A DNA stretch of 64,000 nucleotides from the NCBI GenBank assembly GCA_002104905.1, contig MCFE01000131.1, forward strand, positions 94,670 through 158,669, read 5' to 3'. Source of the DNA: Basidiobolus meristosporus CBS 931.73 (Eukaryota; Fungi; Basidiobolomycota). A program made the translations under genes and the position numbers. Below, piece by piece: positions 1-12,760 of the stretch. Each line of letters opens with the position of its first letter. Within the stretch, counting starts at the first letter, position 1. The notes under the pieces were generated by a model. The model worked only from the letters and a program-made list of their open reading frames with translations. It did not search any database and was not told where the DNA came from.

Positions 1-3000
1 AAATTATGTATATGGAAGGCTCCTGGATGAAGAATTAAGAAAATCAAGCGCCAATAAGAAGGAAGAAGAAAATGCTTTAATAAGCAATGATAATCAACAA
101 AGGAGGTACCCAAGACCCTACAAAGGCAACAGCAACCTGTTTTGTAACTACTGCAAAAGGAAAGGACACACATCAGACTGGTGTCTCAAAAAGAAAGATA
201 ATCAGCAAAAGAAGCCTGAATATGGAAATGCTGCAACAACTGAAGATAGACTATTCATATCTGCACTAAATATGACCACAAACAAGGATTCTCAGATGTG
301 GTATATTGACTCTGGAGCATCTCAACACTTTACACACCAAAAAGAACTTTTTACCCAATATCAAGAAATTCCAATTAAGAAGGTTTTCATGGGTGACAAT
401 AGAACACTTGATGCAGTGGGAGAAGGAGCTATCCAAGTAAACCTTAGAAGCAGTGAAGGAAGCCATACACTGACCTTTAAAGAAGTACTCTATGTACCAG
501 AAATAGCCAAGAACCTACTCTCTGTAAGCAAGGCCACAGCAGAAGGACTCAGTTTCAGTTTTGACAATTCTGGATGCAGGATCACTGATCAAAATGGTGC
601 TCATATTGCTTTGGGCATCAGAGATCAGAATCTATACAAGTTGACTTATATTCCATCATATCTGGAAGCCAATATAAGTAACTTAAATGAAGAAACACCA
701 ATGCTTTGGCACAGGAGATTTGGGCACATCAATTTTGATTATTTGTGCAAAATTATCAAAGATCAGCTAATTTCTGGAGTGAAAATTGATCCCCCAACTA
801 ATTTGGAGCACTGTGAAGCCTGCATATATTAGAAACAAGCCAGACAACCATTCAAGAGCTCTGGGTTAATTGAAACTAAGAAAAAATTAGATTTAATTTA
901 CTCAGATCTGTGTGGACCTATGCAAAATTTATCCTTAGGTGGGATGAAGTATTTAATCACTTTTATTGATGATTATACAAGATACACATGGGTCTACTTC
1001 ATGGAGAGAAAGGAAGAAGCTCTGTCTAAGCTCAGGGAGTTTAAAGCTATGGTGGAGAGAGAAACTGGTGAAAAAATCAAGAAAATACGCTCTGACAATG
1101 GTGGAGAATATACCTCAAAACTCTTCATCCACTTCTGCAAAATTCATGGGATAAAGCAAGAGACTACTGTACCATACTCCCCACAGCAAAATGGAGTAGC
1201 AGAACAAGCTAACAGATTAATAATTGATACGGCAAGATCTATGATCCATGATCAAAAATTATCCTATGATTTTTGGGCGGAATCAGTTGCCACTGCTGTA
1301 TACCTTAAAAATAGGAGTTACAACAGAATACTTTGTGATTCTACTCCATTTGAAGCATGATATGGATACAGACCAAGTGCAGAACATCTAAGAATATTTG
1401 GGTGTACAGCATATGCCAAAAAACTGGCCGGAAATCAGTCAAAATTTGAGCCAAAAAGTGAAAATGCATATTTTTGGGCTACTGCAATGAGAGTAAGGCA
1501 TACAGACTCTACAATACCAAAGCAAAGAAGCTGATCAAGTCCAGGGATGTGTTGTTTGATGAAAATTCAAAATTTCACAAAAAATGACATCAGATGATGA
1601 CAAAAATCTGATCTCAAGTCTGCTAATTGTCAGGATTGAATCAGAGCAAAACAGTGAAAATTTTTTCACTCCAGAAGACTCTACAACCGTGGTTCAGCCA
1701 GAATCAGTTCCCAGGAATATCCCAGAAGTGATCATTCTAGTATCAAATGCCTGGAGATCAAATCGGACAAGAAATAGCCCAAATTACTATATTAATGAGG
1801 GTACAAACTTAGCCTATGCCTATTTAGTCCATATTGATGAACCCCAGACTGTAAAAGAGGCCCTAAATAGCCCTCAGACAAGGTTTTTGAGATCTGCAAT
1901 GACTGAGGAATATCAGGCACTGATGGAAAATCAAACTTGGGACTTAGTCAAATTACCAATCAGCCAAAAATCAATTGGATGCAGATGGGTCTTCAAGACA
2001 AAATACAAGGCTGATGGTACAATTGAAAGATACAAAGCAAGACTTGTAGCCAAAGGATACTCTCAAACAAAAGGACTTGACTATACTGAGACCTTTGCAC
2101 CGGTAGCCAAGTTTAATTCCATCAGACTAATATTTGCTATTGCAGCCAAATATAAGTTTTTTATTCATCAAATGGATGTAAAAACTGCATTTTTGAATGG
2201 AGAACTTGATGAGGACGTGTATATGGACCAGCGTGATGGGTTTGTTGACCAAGATAACCCCCATTTGGTCTGCAAGCTTAAAAAGTCACTATATGGTCTC
2301 AAACAATCACTGAGAGCCTGGAATTGCAAGATAGATTCTTATTTGGAATCGTTGAGTTTCAAAAGGAGTAATGCTGACTATAGTATATACTATAAGCCAG
2401 ATAGAGCAAATCCAGTTCTATTAGCTCTATATGTGGATGATCTTATTATAGCCGCCAATAACCTAGAAACATTGGAAGAGACTAAATCCAGCCTATCTAA
2501 GGAGTTCAAGATGTCCAATCTAGGAGAACTTAGTTACTACTTAGGGATTAAGTTCTCCATAGACAGAAGTACCCAGACTATTACCCTAAGCCAATCTAAG
2601 TATATTCAAGATATGCTAAAGAAGTATAAAATGGAAGACTGTAAACTGGCAGCTACCCCAATGGAGACAAACCTTAACTTGGTCAAAACTCAACCAAATC
2701 AAGAGAGCTTGGTGCCATCTGAAAGCCCTGACCTTCCTTATCAATCTATGGTCGGCAGTCTGATGTATATCATGCATGGAACATGTCCAGATATCTCATA
2801 TTCAGTGGGAGTTGTCAGCCAACATAATCAGAATTATGGATCTGATCATATTGCAGCAGTTAAGCGGATTTTTAGATACCTAAAAGGAACTGCTGATATC
2901 TGCTTAAGATACACTTATAAGGATTCAGAACAGGATCTTGTGGGATACTCTGATGCTGATTGGGGACAAAATTTGGAAGACAGAAGATCCACCACAGGAT

Positions 3001-3770
3001 ACACCTTTCTTTACTGTAAAGGAGCCATTTCATGGAATTCAAGAAAGTAACCAACCGTAGCACTTTCTACTACAGAGGCAGTGTGTATGGCAGCCTGTGA
3101 AGCTACAAAAGCAGCAATGTGGTTAAGAAAGCTCTTTACAGATTTAGGCCTATGTCAAAAAACGCCTACTACTTTATTTCAAGATAATCAAGGATGTATA
3201 CAATTAGGTAGAAATCCAACTTTTCATGCTAGAACCAAGCACATAGATATTAGACATCATTTCATACAAGAAGCTATAGAGAATAACTTAGTTAGCTTAG
3301 TTTACTGTCCTACAGATGAAATGATTGCAGACATACTTACCAAACCATTAGCTAGAGACAAGTTTGAATATCTTAGGTCAAAATTAGGACTAGTCAGTAT
3401 GATCATTTAGCTGAGTGGGAGTGTTGTAAGAATTTGTATTTCCACCTAAATATTCACCTAACTTAGTCACTTAGATCATCACCTTCAAATCCTAGAGAAT
3501 ACTGACCAAATTCCTTGTCAGGATTTACTTAGAATATTTTCACCAAAATACCAGGTACCCAGAACATGAAAATTCTCAAAGTTGTCCAAACAGCCCCAGA
3601 CTTTGCACACATGTTCTTGGGACCTTCCTTAACCTATTGTACGTGTTCTTAATGCCAAGACCAGGTAAAAGTATAAATACTACTTTTACATTGAATAAAT
3701 CATTAAGTGAAAACCACATAATCTACTTGTTCTCCCAATCACTTCCAATATCTCCAAGACTCTTACAACA
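1..3770 (+). mobile_element. Ty1/copia LTR retrotransposon, copy 1 (5' part outside the window; inactivated)
   Basis: Domain order gag zinc knuckle (CX2CX4HX4C), protease (WYIDSGAS), integrase (WHRRFGH..CEAC, DNGGEY, PQQNG), RT (YVDD), RNase H (YSDADW, DNQG, ADILTKPL) is diagnostic of copia. PPT GAGTGGGAG at 3413-3421, then the 3' LTR. Stops at 830-832, 1358-1360 and 3048-3050, plus a frameshift near 1465. Confidence 0.97.
3422..3770 (+). repeat. 3' LTR of copia copy 1 (349 bp)
   Basis: TG...CA ends with a perfect 10-bp inverted terminus TGTTGTAAGA/TCTTACAACA, internal TATAAA and AATAAA, directly after the PPT. Nearly identical to the LTRs at 4080, 57955 and 61882. Confidence 0.97.
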
Positions 3771-4079
3771 GTACAAGGTATATGGCAACTTTGCAATTAT
3801 CACACCAAAAAGCCGTAAAGTTGAGGTGATAGAAGTATGTCAATTATGGCAGGTGTGCACATTGGTAGAGGTTAGTAAGCAGGAGGCCATAGTTTTTTTT
3901 GATTCAAACTATATGTGGAATACCAAAAGGTAGTAGTGGGTAAGCAAATAAAGAAAGGCAATTCCACAGTGGAATATATGAATTGCACAAGGGGAGGTAG
4001 AAAAAGGGAATACCATTTGATAAATTGGTATGGTAGCATTATACAGAACCAGCGGTAGGCTGTCATACCGCCAATATAA

Positions 4080-4429
4080 TGTTGTAAAAATTTGTATTTC
4101 CACCTAAATATTCACCTAACTTAGTCACTTAGATCATCACCTTCAAATCCTAGAGAATACTGACCAAAATTCCTTGTTGGGATTTACTTGGAATATTTTC
4201 ACCAAAATACCAGGTACCCAGAACATGAGAATTCTCAAAGTTGTCCAAACAGCCCCAAACTTTGCACACATGTTCTTGGGACCTTCCTTAACCTATTCTA
4301 CGTGTTTGTTATGCCAAGACCAGGTAAAAGTATAAATACTACTTTTACATTCAATAAATCATTAAGTGAAAACCACATAATATACTTGTCCTCCCAATCA
4401 CTTCCAATATCTCCAAGACTCTTACAACA
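4080..4429 (+). mobile_element. Solo LTR of the copia family with perfect 5-bp TSD
   Basis: 350-bp LTR copy flanked by TATAA (4075-4079) and TATAA (4430-4434); no PBS or PPT adjacent. Confidence 0.95.
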
Positions 4430-4774
4430 TATAATGCCATTAGAGTCTCGCTGTGAGGCCATCTGAATACTGTCAAGTTTCTTGCCATATAAGGCAATTG
4501 GATGTCCTGGCCAGCTGGGTTTACTTAAAGTAGTGATAAAGTGCTGAAAGACTACAACAATACCATACAAATATTGTTACAGCACCAATAAATTATTTTC
4601 AAGTTTTATCCCTTTATTTGGCTGTAAATTAGCAAAACACCATCATGATCTTGTTATAAGGTTGTTAGGAGGGTCACTAATTCCAAGCTGCTGTTATTGT
4701 GATGGTCTCTAAATGGGATCTTGACGGCTGATCCTGATTGGATCCACCTGCAGGACCAAATTATTTTTCATAGG

Positions 4775-6082
4775 GAATTATCAAGAGCCTGGAATTGTAA
4801 AATAGATTCTTATTTGGAATCTTTGAGTTTCAAAAGGAGTAATGCTGACTATAACATATACTATAAGCCAGATAGAGCAAATCCAGCTCTATTAGCTCCA
4901 TATGTGGATGACTCTATTATAGCCACCAATAATCTCAAAACATTGGTAGAGACTAAATCCTGCTTATCTAAAGAGTTCAAGATGTCTGATCTAAGAGAAT
5001 GCAGCTACTACTTAGGGATAAGGTTCTTCATAGACAGAAGTACCCAGACTAGCACCCTAAGCCATACCAAGTATATTCAAGATATGCTAAAGAAGTATCA
5101 AATGGAAGACTGTAAACAGGCAGCTACCCCAATGGAGACAAACCTTAACTTGGTCAAAACTCAACCAAATTAAGAGAGCTTAGTGCCATATGAAAGCCCT
5201 GACTCTCCTTATCAATCTATAGTCAGCAGTCTGATGTATATCATGCTTAGAACACCTCCAGATATCTCATATTCAGTGGGAGTTGTCAGCCAGCGTAATC
5301 AGCACTATGGAACTGATCATATTGCAGCAGTTAAGTGGATTTTTAGATATCTGAGAGGAACTGCTGATATCTGTTTAAGATACACTTATAAGGATTCAGA
5401 ACAGGATCTTTTGGGATACTCTGATGCTGATTGGGGACAAAATTTGGAAGACAGAAGATTCACCACAAGATACACCATTCTTTACTGTGAAGGAGCAATT
5501 TCATGGATTTCAATAGAGCAACCAACTGTAGCACTTTCCACCACAGAGGCAGAGTATACGGCAGCCTGTGAGGCTACAAAAGAAGCAATGTGGCTAAGAA
5601 AGCTTTTTACAGATTTAGGCCTATGTCAAAAAACGCCTATTACTTTATTTCAAGATAATCAAGGATATATACAAATAGGTAGAAATCCAACTTTTCATAC
5701 TGGAACTAAGCACATATATATTAGACATCATTTCATATGTGAAGCTATAGAGAATAACTTAGCTAGCTTAGTTTACTGCCCTACAGATGAAATGATTGCA
5801 GACATATTTACCAAACCATTAGCTAGAGACAAGTTTGAATATCTTAGGTCAAATTAGGACTAGTTGACATGAACATATAGCTGAGTGGGAGTGTTGTAAA
5901 AGCTCATAATTCCACCTAATTATTCACCTAGCTTAGTCACTTTGATGATTACCTTTAAATCCTAGAGAATACTGACCAAATTCCTTTTCAGGATTTATTT
6001 AGAATATTTTCACCACAATATCAGGTACCTGGAACATGAAAATTATATAAGTTGCTCAAACAGCCCCAAACTTTGCCTACAT
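4775..6082 (+). mobile_element. Older 5'-truncated copia copy (RT-RNase H fragment, PPT, truncated 3' LTR from 5892)
   Basis: ORFs 4721-5173 and 5183-5857 are degraded homologs of the copy 1 RT/RNase H (YVDD, YSDADW, ADIFTKPL). PPT GAGTGGGAG at 5883-5891; the LTR starts TGTTGT at 5892 and breaks off near 6082. Confidence 0.9.
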
Positions 6083-6202
6083 ATCAGATCCAAAGGAAAG
6101 TAGATACCAGGAGGAGAGCAAGTTTGGGGCGTATAACCTGTTGTAATATTCTGAGGAGTAGTGGAAGTGATGTGGAGAATGTAAAGATTTAAAAGTTATT
6201 AC

Positions 6203-6549
6203 TGTTGTAAAATTTGGGATTCCACCTAAATATTCACCTAACTTAGTCACTTAGATCCTTACCTTCAGATCCTAGAGAATGCTGACCAAAATTCTTGTTG
6301 GGATTTACTTAGAATATTCTCACCAAAATATCAGGTACCTGGAACATGAAAATTCTCAAAGTTGTTCAAACAGCCCCAAACCTTTCACACATATTCTTGG
6401 GACCTTTCTAAACCTATTTTACATGTTTGTTATGCCAAGAACATGTGAAAGTATAAGTACTACTTTTACAGTCAATAAATCATTAAGTAAAAACCACATA
6501 ATCTACTTGTCCTAACAATCACTTGCAATATCTCCAAGATTCTACAACA
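6203..6549 (+). mobile_element. Diverged solo LTR
   Basis: TGTTGT...TACAACA LTR homolog flanked by ATTAC (6198-6202) and ATTGC (6550-6554), a TSD with one mismatch. Confidence 0.85.
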
Positions 6550-6559
6550 ATTGCAACTA

Positions 6560-7035
6560 AACAATTGGTCAAAACTCAACCCAATCAAGAGAGCTTGGTG
6601 ACATCTGAAAGCTCAGACTCCCCTTACCAATGTATGATTGGTATTTTGATATATGCTATGCTACACACACATCCAGCATAATCAGCAGTATGGATCTGAT
6701 CAAATTGCAGCAGTTAAGCAGATTTTAGATACCTAACAGGAACTGCTGATACCTGCTTAATATACACTTATAAGGATGCAGAACAGGATCTTGTGGAATA
6801 CTCCAATGCTGATTGTGGATAAAGTTTAGGAGACAGAAGCAGAGTATATTGCTGCCTGTGAGGCTACAAAAGAAGTAATGTGGCTAAGAAAGCTTGTCAC
6901 AGACTAGGCAATGTCAAAAAGCCCTTACTACATTATTTCAATCACTTCCAATATCTCCAAGACTCCTACAACAAAAACCACACTATTCTACTGGTTCTCC
7001 CAGTCACTTCCAATATCTCCAAAACTCTTACCACA
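6560..7035 (+). mobile_element. Deleted copia RT/RNase H remnants and two tandem LTR 3' ends
   Basis: Patchy matches to the copy 1 RT/RNase H, and two copies of the LTR-end motif (TCACTTCCAATATCTCCAA...ACA) at about 6940-6975 and 7000-7035. Confidence 0.75.
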
Positions 7036-8105
7036 GATTCAACCCCAGTTCCCTGGAATATCCTGTAAAGTCCTGTTGCAGGGATAAGTAGGGACCATCA
7101 TAAAAGGCATGCACCCAATATAACCCACTGATTGGAAAGTCAAGGAATCCTGACCAAGGATCATGGAAGAGGATGGTATACTAGGTTAAGGAGTGGATCA
7201 GGGTAGTACATACGAAAGGACAGCCAAGTCGCTCCTTGACTCAACCTCCAGCCTGGCCGATTTGATGGGAATCACTTGAGAATGGGACTTCAGGTGACCC
7301 TCAAGATTCCAGTCACATCGCATCACATCCCATTGGAACGTTTCTCCAAATCCAGATGCCGGACCCTAAGAATCGATTGGTAAACCTTCGGAGGCTCATG
7401 GTTGGCTGGATCGAGATCCAACGGTACACGACAGCAGCTAGCAGTCTGGCACTGGATCCGATGCCCACTCATGCTAAACGCCGATGGGTAACCACAACAA
7501 ATCATGCGCGGGTGCCAAACCGACCCATCGGCCCAACGCAAAATGAAGAATTGGCACCAAATAGCGGGTACTCTCCGTCAACCACTCACACGGTCCATCG
7601 GACGATTGCGGCGTAGCAACTGCTCTGCGCTCGCCAGCCTTCGTCGATGTCAAAGGTGACAAGGCCCCGCCATCATGCCGCTGCGAGGGATGATCCGCGC
7701 TAAGCTCCAAACGATGACCAGGATGAGTGGTAGAACGCACACCCTGGCGGACGTGGATGTCCCAATCGAGGTGGTGGTTTCGATCGTTCGGGATGAAAGT
7801 CTCCGGCAAATCAGGAAAAACGGGACCAACACCCATTAGTAAGCAAGCCAGATCAATTCGTACCATTCCACCCCTTCACATCGCCGCTGCCACTGAATCA
7901 ACGGCGAATGACACACTCATGCCTACCAACACCCTGCGACGACAGCCAATTGTTCGGTAGCCCGTAGCCAATCGTGCAGTCCAGGTGGGCAGCTTAAATT
8001 GCCAGCCATCCCAGTCAAGACCCGCGTTTACATGATCTCTTCAGGCGCACACCACTGAATCTACGGTCCAATCAGTGCCCACAACCCATCCAAACACACA
8101 TCCAA

Positions 8106-9854
8106 ATGTCCTTCGAATCTCAGCTCCAGGATGAAATCGCCAAAAGCCAACCCGTCATTTACACCACGATAGAAAACAAAGCGTTGTCCGCCAGCGACGA
8201 GAGCACAAGCTTACTTGGCCGGCGGGCCAGCTCGGATGCCGACCCGGGGAACCACCTTGTGGAGATTCGCACCGAGGCCTTCATCATCTTGTCGAAAGCG
8301 CTGCCGGTGCTGATCTCTGCTCTTCTCTCCGGGGTGACCAGGTACGGGGTGGTGTTTTCCCTGGGAAGCTTGGTGGGTTGGAAATGGGTCTGGATGGCAC
8401 GCATCACCTGATTAACCGCTCTTGTGTTTCTAGGGGACGAAAGAGTTGGCGGCGTGCGCCTTGGGAGGGGTGTTCGAGGCCTGCACGGTGATCTCCCCCT
8501 TCTTGGGGATCATAACCGCCCTGGAGACCCTGTGCAGCCAGGCCCACACGGCCAGCGAAAACAAACACGTTCTCGGGGTGTATCTGCAACGCGCGATGCT
8601 GATCCAACTGACCCTTTTGGTTCCCATAGCTTGGTGCTGGGCCTACACCGAGCAGATCTTGGTGGCAATGGGCCAAAACCCGGAGATCGCCCGACTGACC
8701 GGGGTGTTCGTCATTTGGTCGCTGCCTGGGGTGACGGCGACCATGCTCGTCGAGTGTATCAAGAGATACCTGAATGCACAAGGTTTGTCTTGACCAACCC
8801 TCCACTTTCCTCTCCCGACAACCAATACGAATCCGTTCCAGGGATTATGCGGGTATCCGCGTACGTGTCGGCCGTCACCGCTCCCGTCAGCTTGGTGCTG
8901 TTCTACCTGCTGGTGATTCACCCGACAACCACCCTAGGCTTTGTTGGAGCCCCGCTTGCTGCCGGAATCACGAATCTTCTATCGCTGGCGTTGTACATTG
9001 CGTACACCGTTTTCATAGAGGGTAGCCAAGGGTGGGGTGGGTTTAGCAGTGAGGCGTTTCGGGGCTGGTGGGACTTCATGAAGCTGGGATTTCCCGGGAT
9101 GATCATGATCAGCAGCGAACTCTGGGCGTTCGAGACCATAGCCCTGTGTGCATCTTACCTGGGGACCGTCGCACTCGCCGCACAAACCATCATCGAAACC
9201 ACTCTGATGCTGTTCATCATGATGTCGTTGGGTAAGTAGGGCGTCGTGGGAGGGAGTTTTCGGGCCTCAATTAATCAGTCCCGTAGGTATCTCCATCAGC
9301 GCTTCGAACAGGGTTGGAAACTTGCTGGGCTCTTCACAGCCGTACCGCGCTGCCCTGGTCGCCAAAACATCCATAGGATTGGGGGCCATGATAGGGCTTC
9401 TGAACTGCATCTTCCTATGGACTTTGCGTGACAAGTGGGGCTACCTTTACAACCGTAACGAGGAGGTGGTTCTCTTTGCCTCCCGAATACTCCCGGTAGT
9501 CGCCGTCATTCTGGTAACCATAAGCTCGCTTCACTATGCCCCCCACCCGTTTGTTCTCACTAACCAACCTCGTGTGTGTAGCTTTTCCAACCCGTTGGAA
9601 GCGTGTGTAATGGAGTCCTACGCGGCCTAGGCAAGCAGAAGGTTGGGGCGTTCATCAAGCTCTGCTCCTACTACCTAATTGCACTTCCCCTGGGCTTGTT
9701 GCTAACTTTCCATTGTGGCTATGGGCTGAAAGGACTCTGGTTGGGACTCATGATCGCATACATCGTGTGCTTTGTCATGGAGTTGAGTGTAATAATACGT
9801 ACCAATTGGAACACCGAAGTGATGATGTGCCTATACAGATTAGCCTTGGTGTGA
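8106..9854 (+). CDS. MATE-family (multidrug and toxic compound extrusion) transporter, 5 exons
   Basis: Exons 8106-8372, 8434-8782, 8842-9231, 9287-9513 and 9582-9854 join in frame across GT..AG introns of 61, 59, 55 and 68 nt. MATE motifs SLG-TKELAA, ALETLCSQA, LGVYLQRA, SELWAFE, RVGNLLG, GVLRGLGKQ. Confidence 0.93.
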
Positions 9855-10320
9855 TCCATACATCTCTGTTACCCCCTTTGCTGGCCACCGTCAGTTGTAT
9901 TGTGTAATAAATGCTTGTTGAATCTGCAGACGCTACGAGCGTAGGTGGCTATCGAGACACCTCGTATCAGACAAAAATCGAGATTGGATATACATGTATT
10001 TATATTTGACAGATCAATTTTCTCTAACTACGGGTTATTTTTGGAGAATATGTATCATGAGCAGCATGAAGTCTAACTTTCGGGCTTGCAATCAAATACA
10101 ATGGCAAAAGTAAGCTCAGACTCGTCATAAGTGTTCGCTTAGAGGATATGAAAAGATCAAAAGAAACAGATGAAGTGTTGGAAGGAAAGGGGCCAGGTGA
10201 AAAAAAATCCCATCAATCTGATGTTACAGGAAGCTAAATTCGGTATGAGTGAAGAATGGTGGGTTCGGAGGTCAGAGGTAGCGTCCAGGTTCCTCCTGGA
10301 TACCAGTAAATGGCGGCGAC

Positions 10321-12760
10321 TTATTCCAGCATGCTGTCGCCCTCTTCGTAAGGAGTCTCTTGTTTGGCTTCCTGCTCCTCACGCTCCTTCTGTCTTGCCA
10401 ACTCGAGCTGGTTGGGCCCTTGGTCTCTCTCGCATACTTTGTATCCATCAAGCTTGTATCTGACTAGGGTAGGAGCTCTTAATTTAAGAGTGATCTTGCC
10501 AGTGGTAGCGTTGACGGCGAAGATTTGGGCCATGGGAAGCATAGTGAAGAATCTGGAGGCGCTACGGAACCAGAAGTGGATCAGATTCTTGTATCTGTCC
10601 GAATCGCCATGGTGATTTGTGTACTTGGGATAACCCAATTGCTCGTATAAAGTATTTACATTCAGGTCGGCCCCTTCCTTCAGCTGGTCAAAAACCATGG
10701 TGGCAAATGCGCGAATGTGTTGAGCATCGTATACGTTTCTGGGAAGGCCGGATGGATTTGGATAAACCACATGTGGCTTCTTGGGCCCCTCTTTGTGTTC
10801 GAGGAGGATGGCTTTGGCTTCTTCAAAAGTATCCACTTGGGTCAAGACCTCATCTCCAACCACCTTGAACACCCGGTTCATAGGCTCAGAGTTCAAGGTC
10901 TTGCACACGCCTCCGAATTCACGCTTGAACAACCCAGCAATGTGTTTCTCCTTTCCTTCTTCGTTAAGGTACTTCTGGGCGGGGGGAGGGAGGTGCTCCA
11001 AGATTTGGCTCTTGAGAACGGAGCCCTGTTCCTTTACGACTGAATACAGTGTAAGCAGACGCTCGATCAAAGCGTTGCGAGCATACTCCTTAGAGGAAGG
11101 ATCCACGGAGGTATCCAGGGAGCTTTCCATATGTTCGGGCTCGCCCATCAGGCAGATCTTCATATCTCCCTTGGGCTCAACATCCTTGGCCTTGATGGCG
11201 GCTTCCTTAGACTTGAAAGAAAGATACGCCACGCCGGACGACTTTTTCAAGGTAGAGCTCATAACCTTCATCTCAGAAATGTCATTCGCGAAATCGGCAA
11301 AGAGTTCACGAATGAGCTTGTTGATTTCTGATTTGGGTACGTGCATTGGCATATCCGACAAGAAAATGGTGTTTGCAATGTAAGTGTTGCGCGAGATCTT
11401 CTTGAAGGTTTCGGCCAGCTCTTCTGGTGCCTTACGCTTGCGGTTGTTGGCAGTGGGTGCGTGCAACGCAAGAGACTCTTGAGCGGCAGAGGGTGGTTCG
11501 ACGTTGGACTCGGTGATCTCCTGCTTCTCTTCTGAGATTTCTTCTGGCTGATCCATCTCCTTGACATCAGTCATGACCTCATCGACAGTTTGCACCTCTG
11601 CCTGAGCTTTGGGGAGAATGTTTTTCACTCCCTCAATAAACGGAGTTCTTCTGTCTTTTTTAGCAGTGGACTTAGGTTGACGCCTGGGTGTTCCTTTTTT
11701 GGGGGTCGTGATGTTTACCAAAGCCTCGGTGATGATCATGTTTTTGGCTTTGATTGGAGACGATTTTGATGCCCAGGGAAGCTCATTGAAATCGGTATCA
11801 GGCGAGGCCTCGATATCAGTCTTCTGTGTGGTGGTGACTTCGACTTCCTCTTTATCGGCTTGGGTCAAAACTTCGTTTTCCTCCTGCTCGTAGTTACGGA
11901 TTCCTGCCAAGGGAGTGACCATAGGTTGAACATCGGTCGAGGATCTGCGTGTAACTAAGGGGGTTCTCTTGGCACGAGCACCTGAGTCGAGAGTAGAAAG
12001 GCGGGTTCTGGTTGCGGGCTGGCTGGGGGTTTCCTTGGCAGGAGCTCTAGCAGGCTTAGCAGCAGACTTGATTTCAGGGATGTCATTACTGAGTCTTCTG
12101 GCTCCCGCTTGGGGTGTAGATACTGGTGGAGCAGCCCCAGTAGCAGTTCTCTTGGCTAGCAAAGATGTTCTTCTAAGAGTAGTAGTAGTAGCCGTGGTGC
12201 GAGTCAGGAGAGCTTTGGGTTCTTGTGAACCAGCAGAAGCTCTGGTAGTACGGGTGAGAGGCTTTATTTCGGATGTGGTAGTGGCTCGGGTCGAAATAGA
12301 TGTTCTTCTCTGCAGAGGCTGAAGTGTTGTTGCTGTAATGGTCTTTGTTTCACCAGTAGCTGATGTGGCAGTGGCAGCAGCAGTTCTACGGGTGGCTAGA
12401 GAGGTCCTTCTAAGAGGGCCTTGAGCCCCAATTGAGGATACTCTACTTCTAGTGGCATCTTTGGCAGCATCGAGAGGAGCGGCTGGAGCCCTGCTCCGAG
12501 CCAACGACTCCCGAGGAGTCTCGGTAGTTTTACCATCCGCAGCAATGGTTCTACTACGTAGAACTCTGGTACCAGGCGTGGCTGCGGGTTTAGCAGCTGT
12601 GCTTCTGGATCCAACTGGTGTGGAGTATCTAGAAGGAACTTCGATTGGTGCTCCTCTTCTGGGAACACTTGAAAAGCTATTGTCTACGAAAGAAGCAATC
12701 AGCCTCAGGCTGGCCAACGCAGGAACGAATGCACAACTTACCTTGGTTAGAATCGGACAT
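10321..12760 (-). CDS. Uncharacterised protein (about 812 aa): long basic Arg/Thr/Ser-rich disordered N-terminus, one RRM-like domain, helical C-terminal modules
   Basis: Long ORF 10321-12819. The likely true start is the ATG at 12760 (MSDSNQ), with a 58-nt GTAAGT..TAG intron at 12741-12684 that rejoins the ORF frame. RNP2-like TIFLSDM and RNP1-like SGVAYLSF; NLS-like RKRK. Confidence 0.8.

Noticed and set aside
3771-3775. Idea that copia copy 1 and copy 2 are two ends of one element or a segmental duplicate
   Set aside because: The right flank of copy 1 is GTACA and the left flank of copy 2 is CTTAT. Their inactivating mutations also differ, so they are independent insertions.
3637-4466. 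ORFs such as MYVFLMPRPGKS/MFVMPRPGKS (also at 6279, 58176 and 61794)
   Set aside because: They are translations of the LTR sequence, mostly from non-ATG starts, and have no protein motif.
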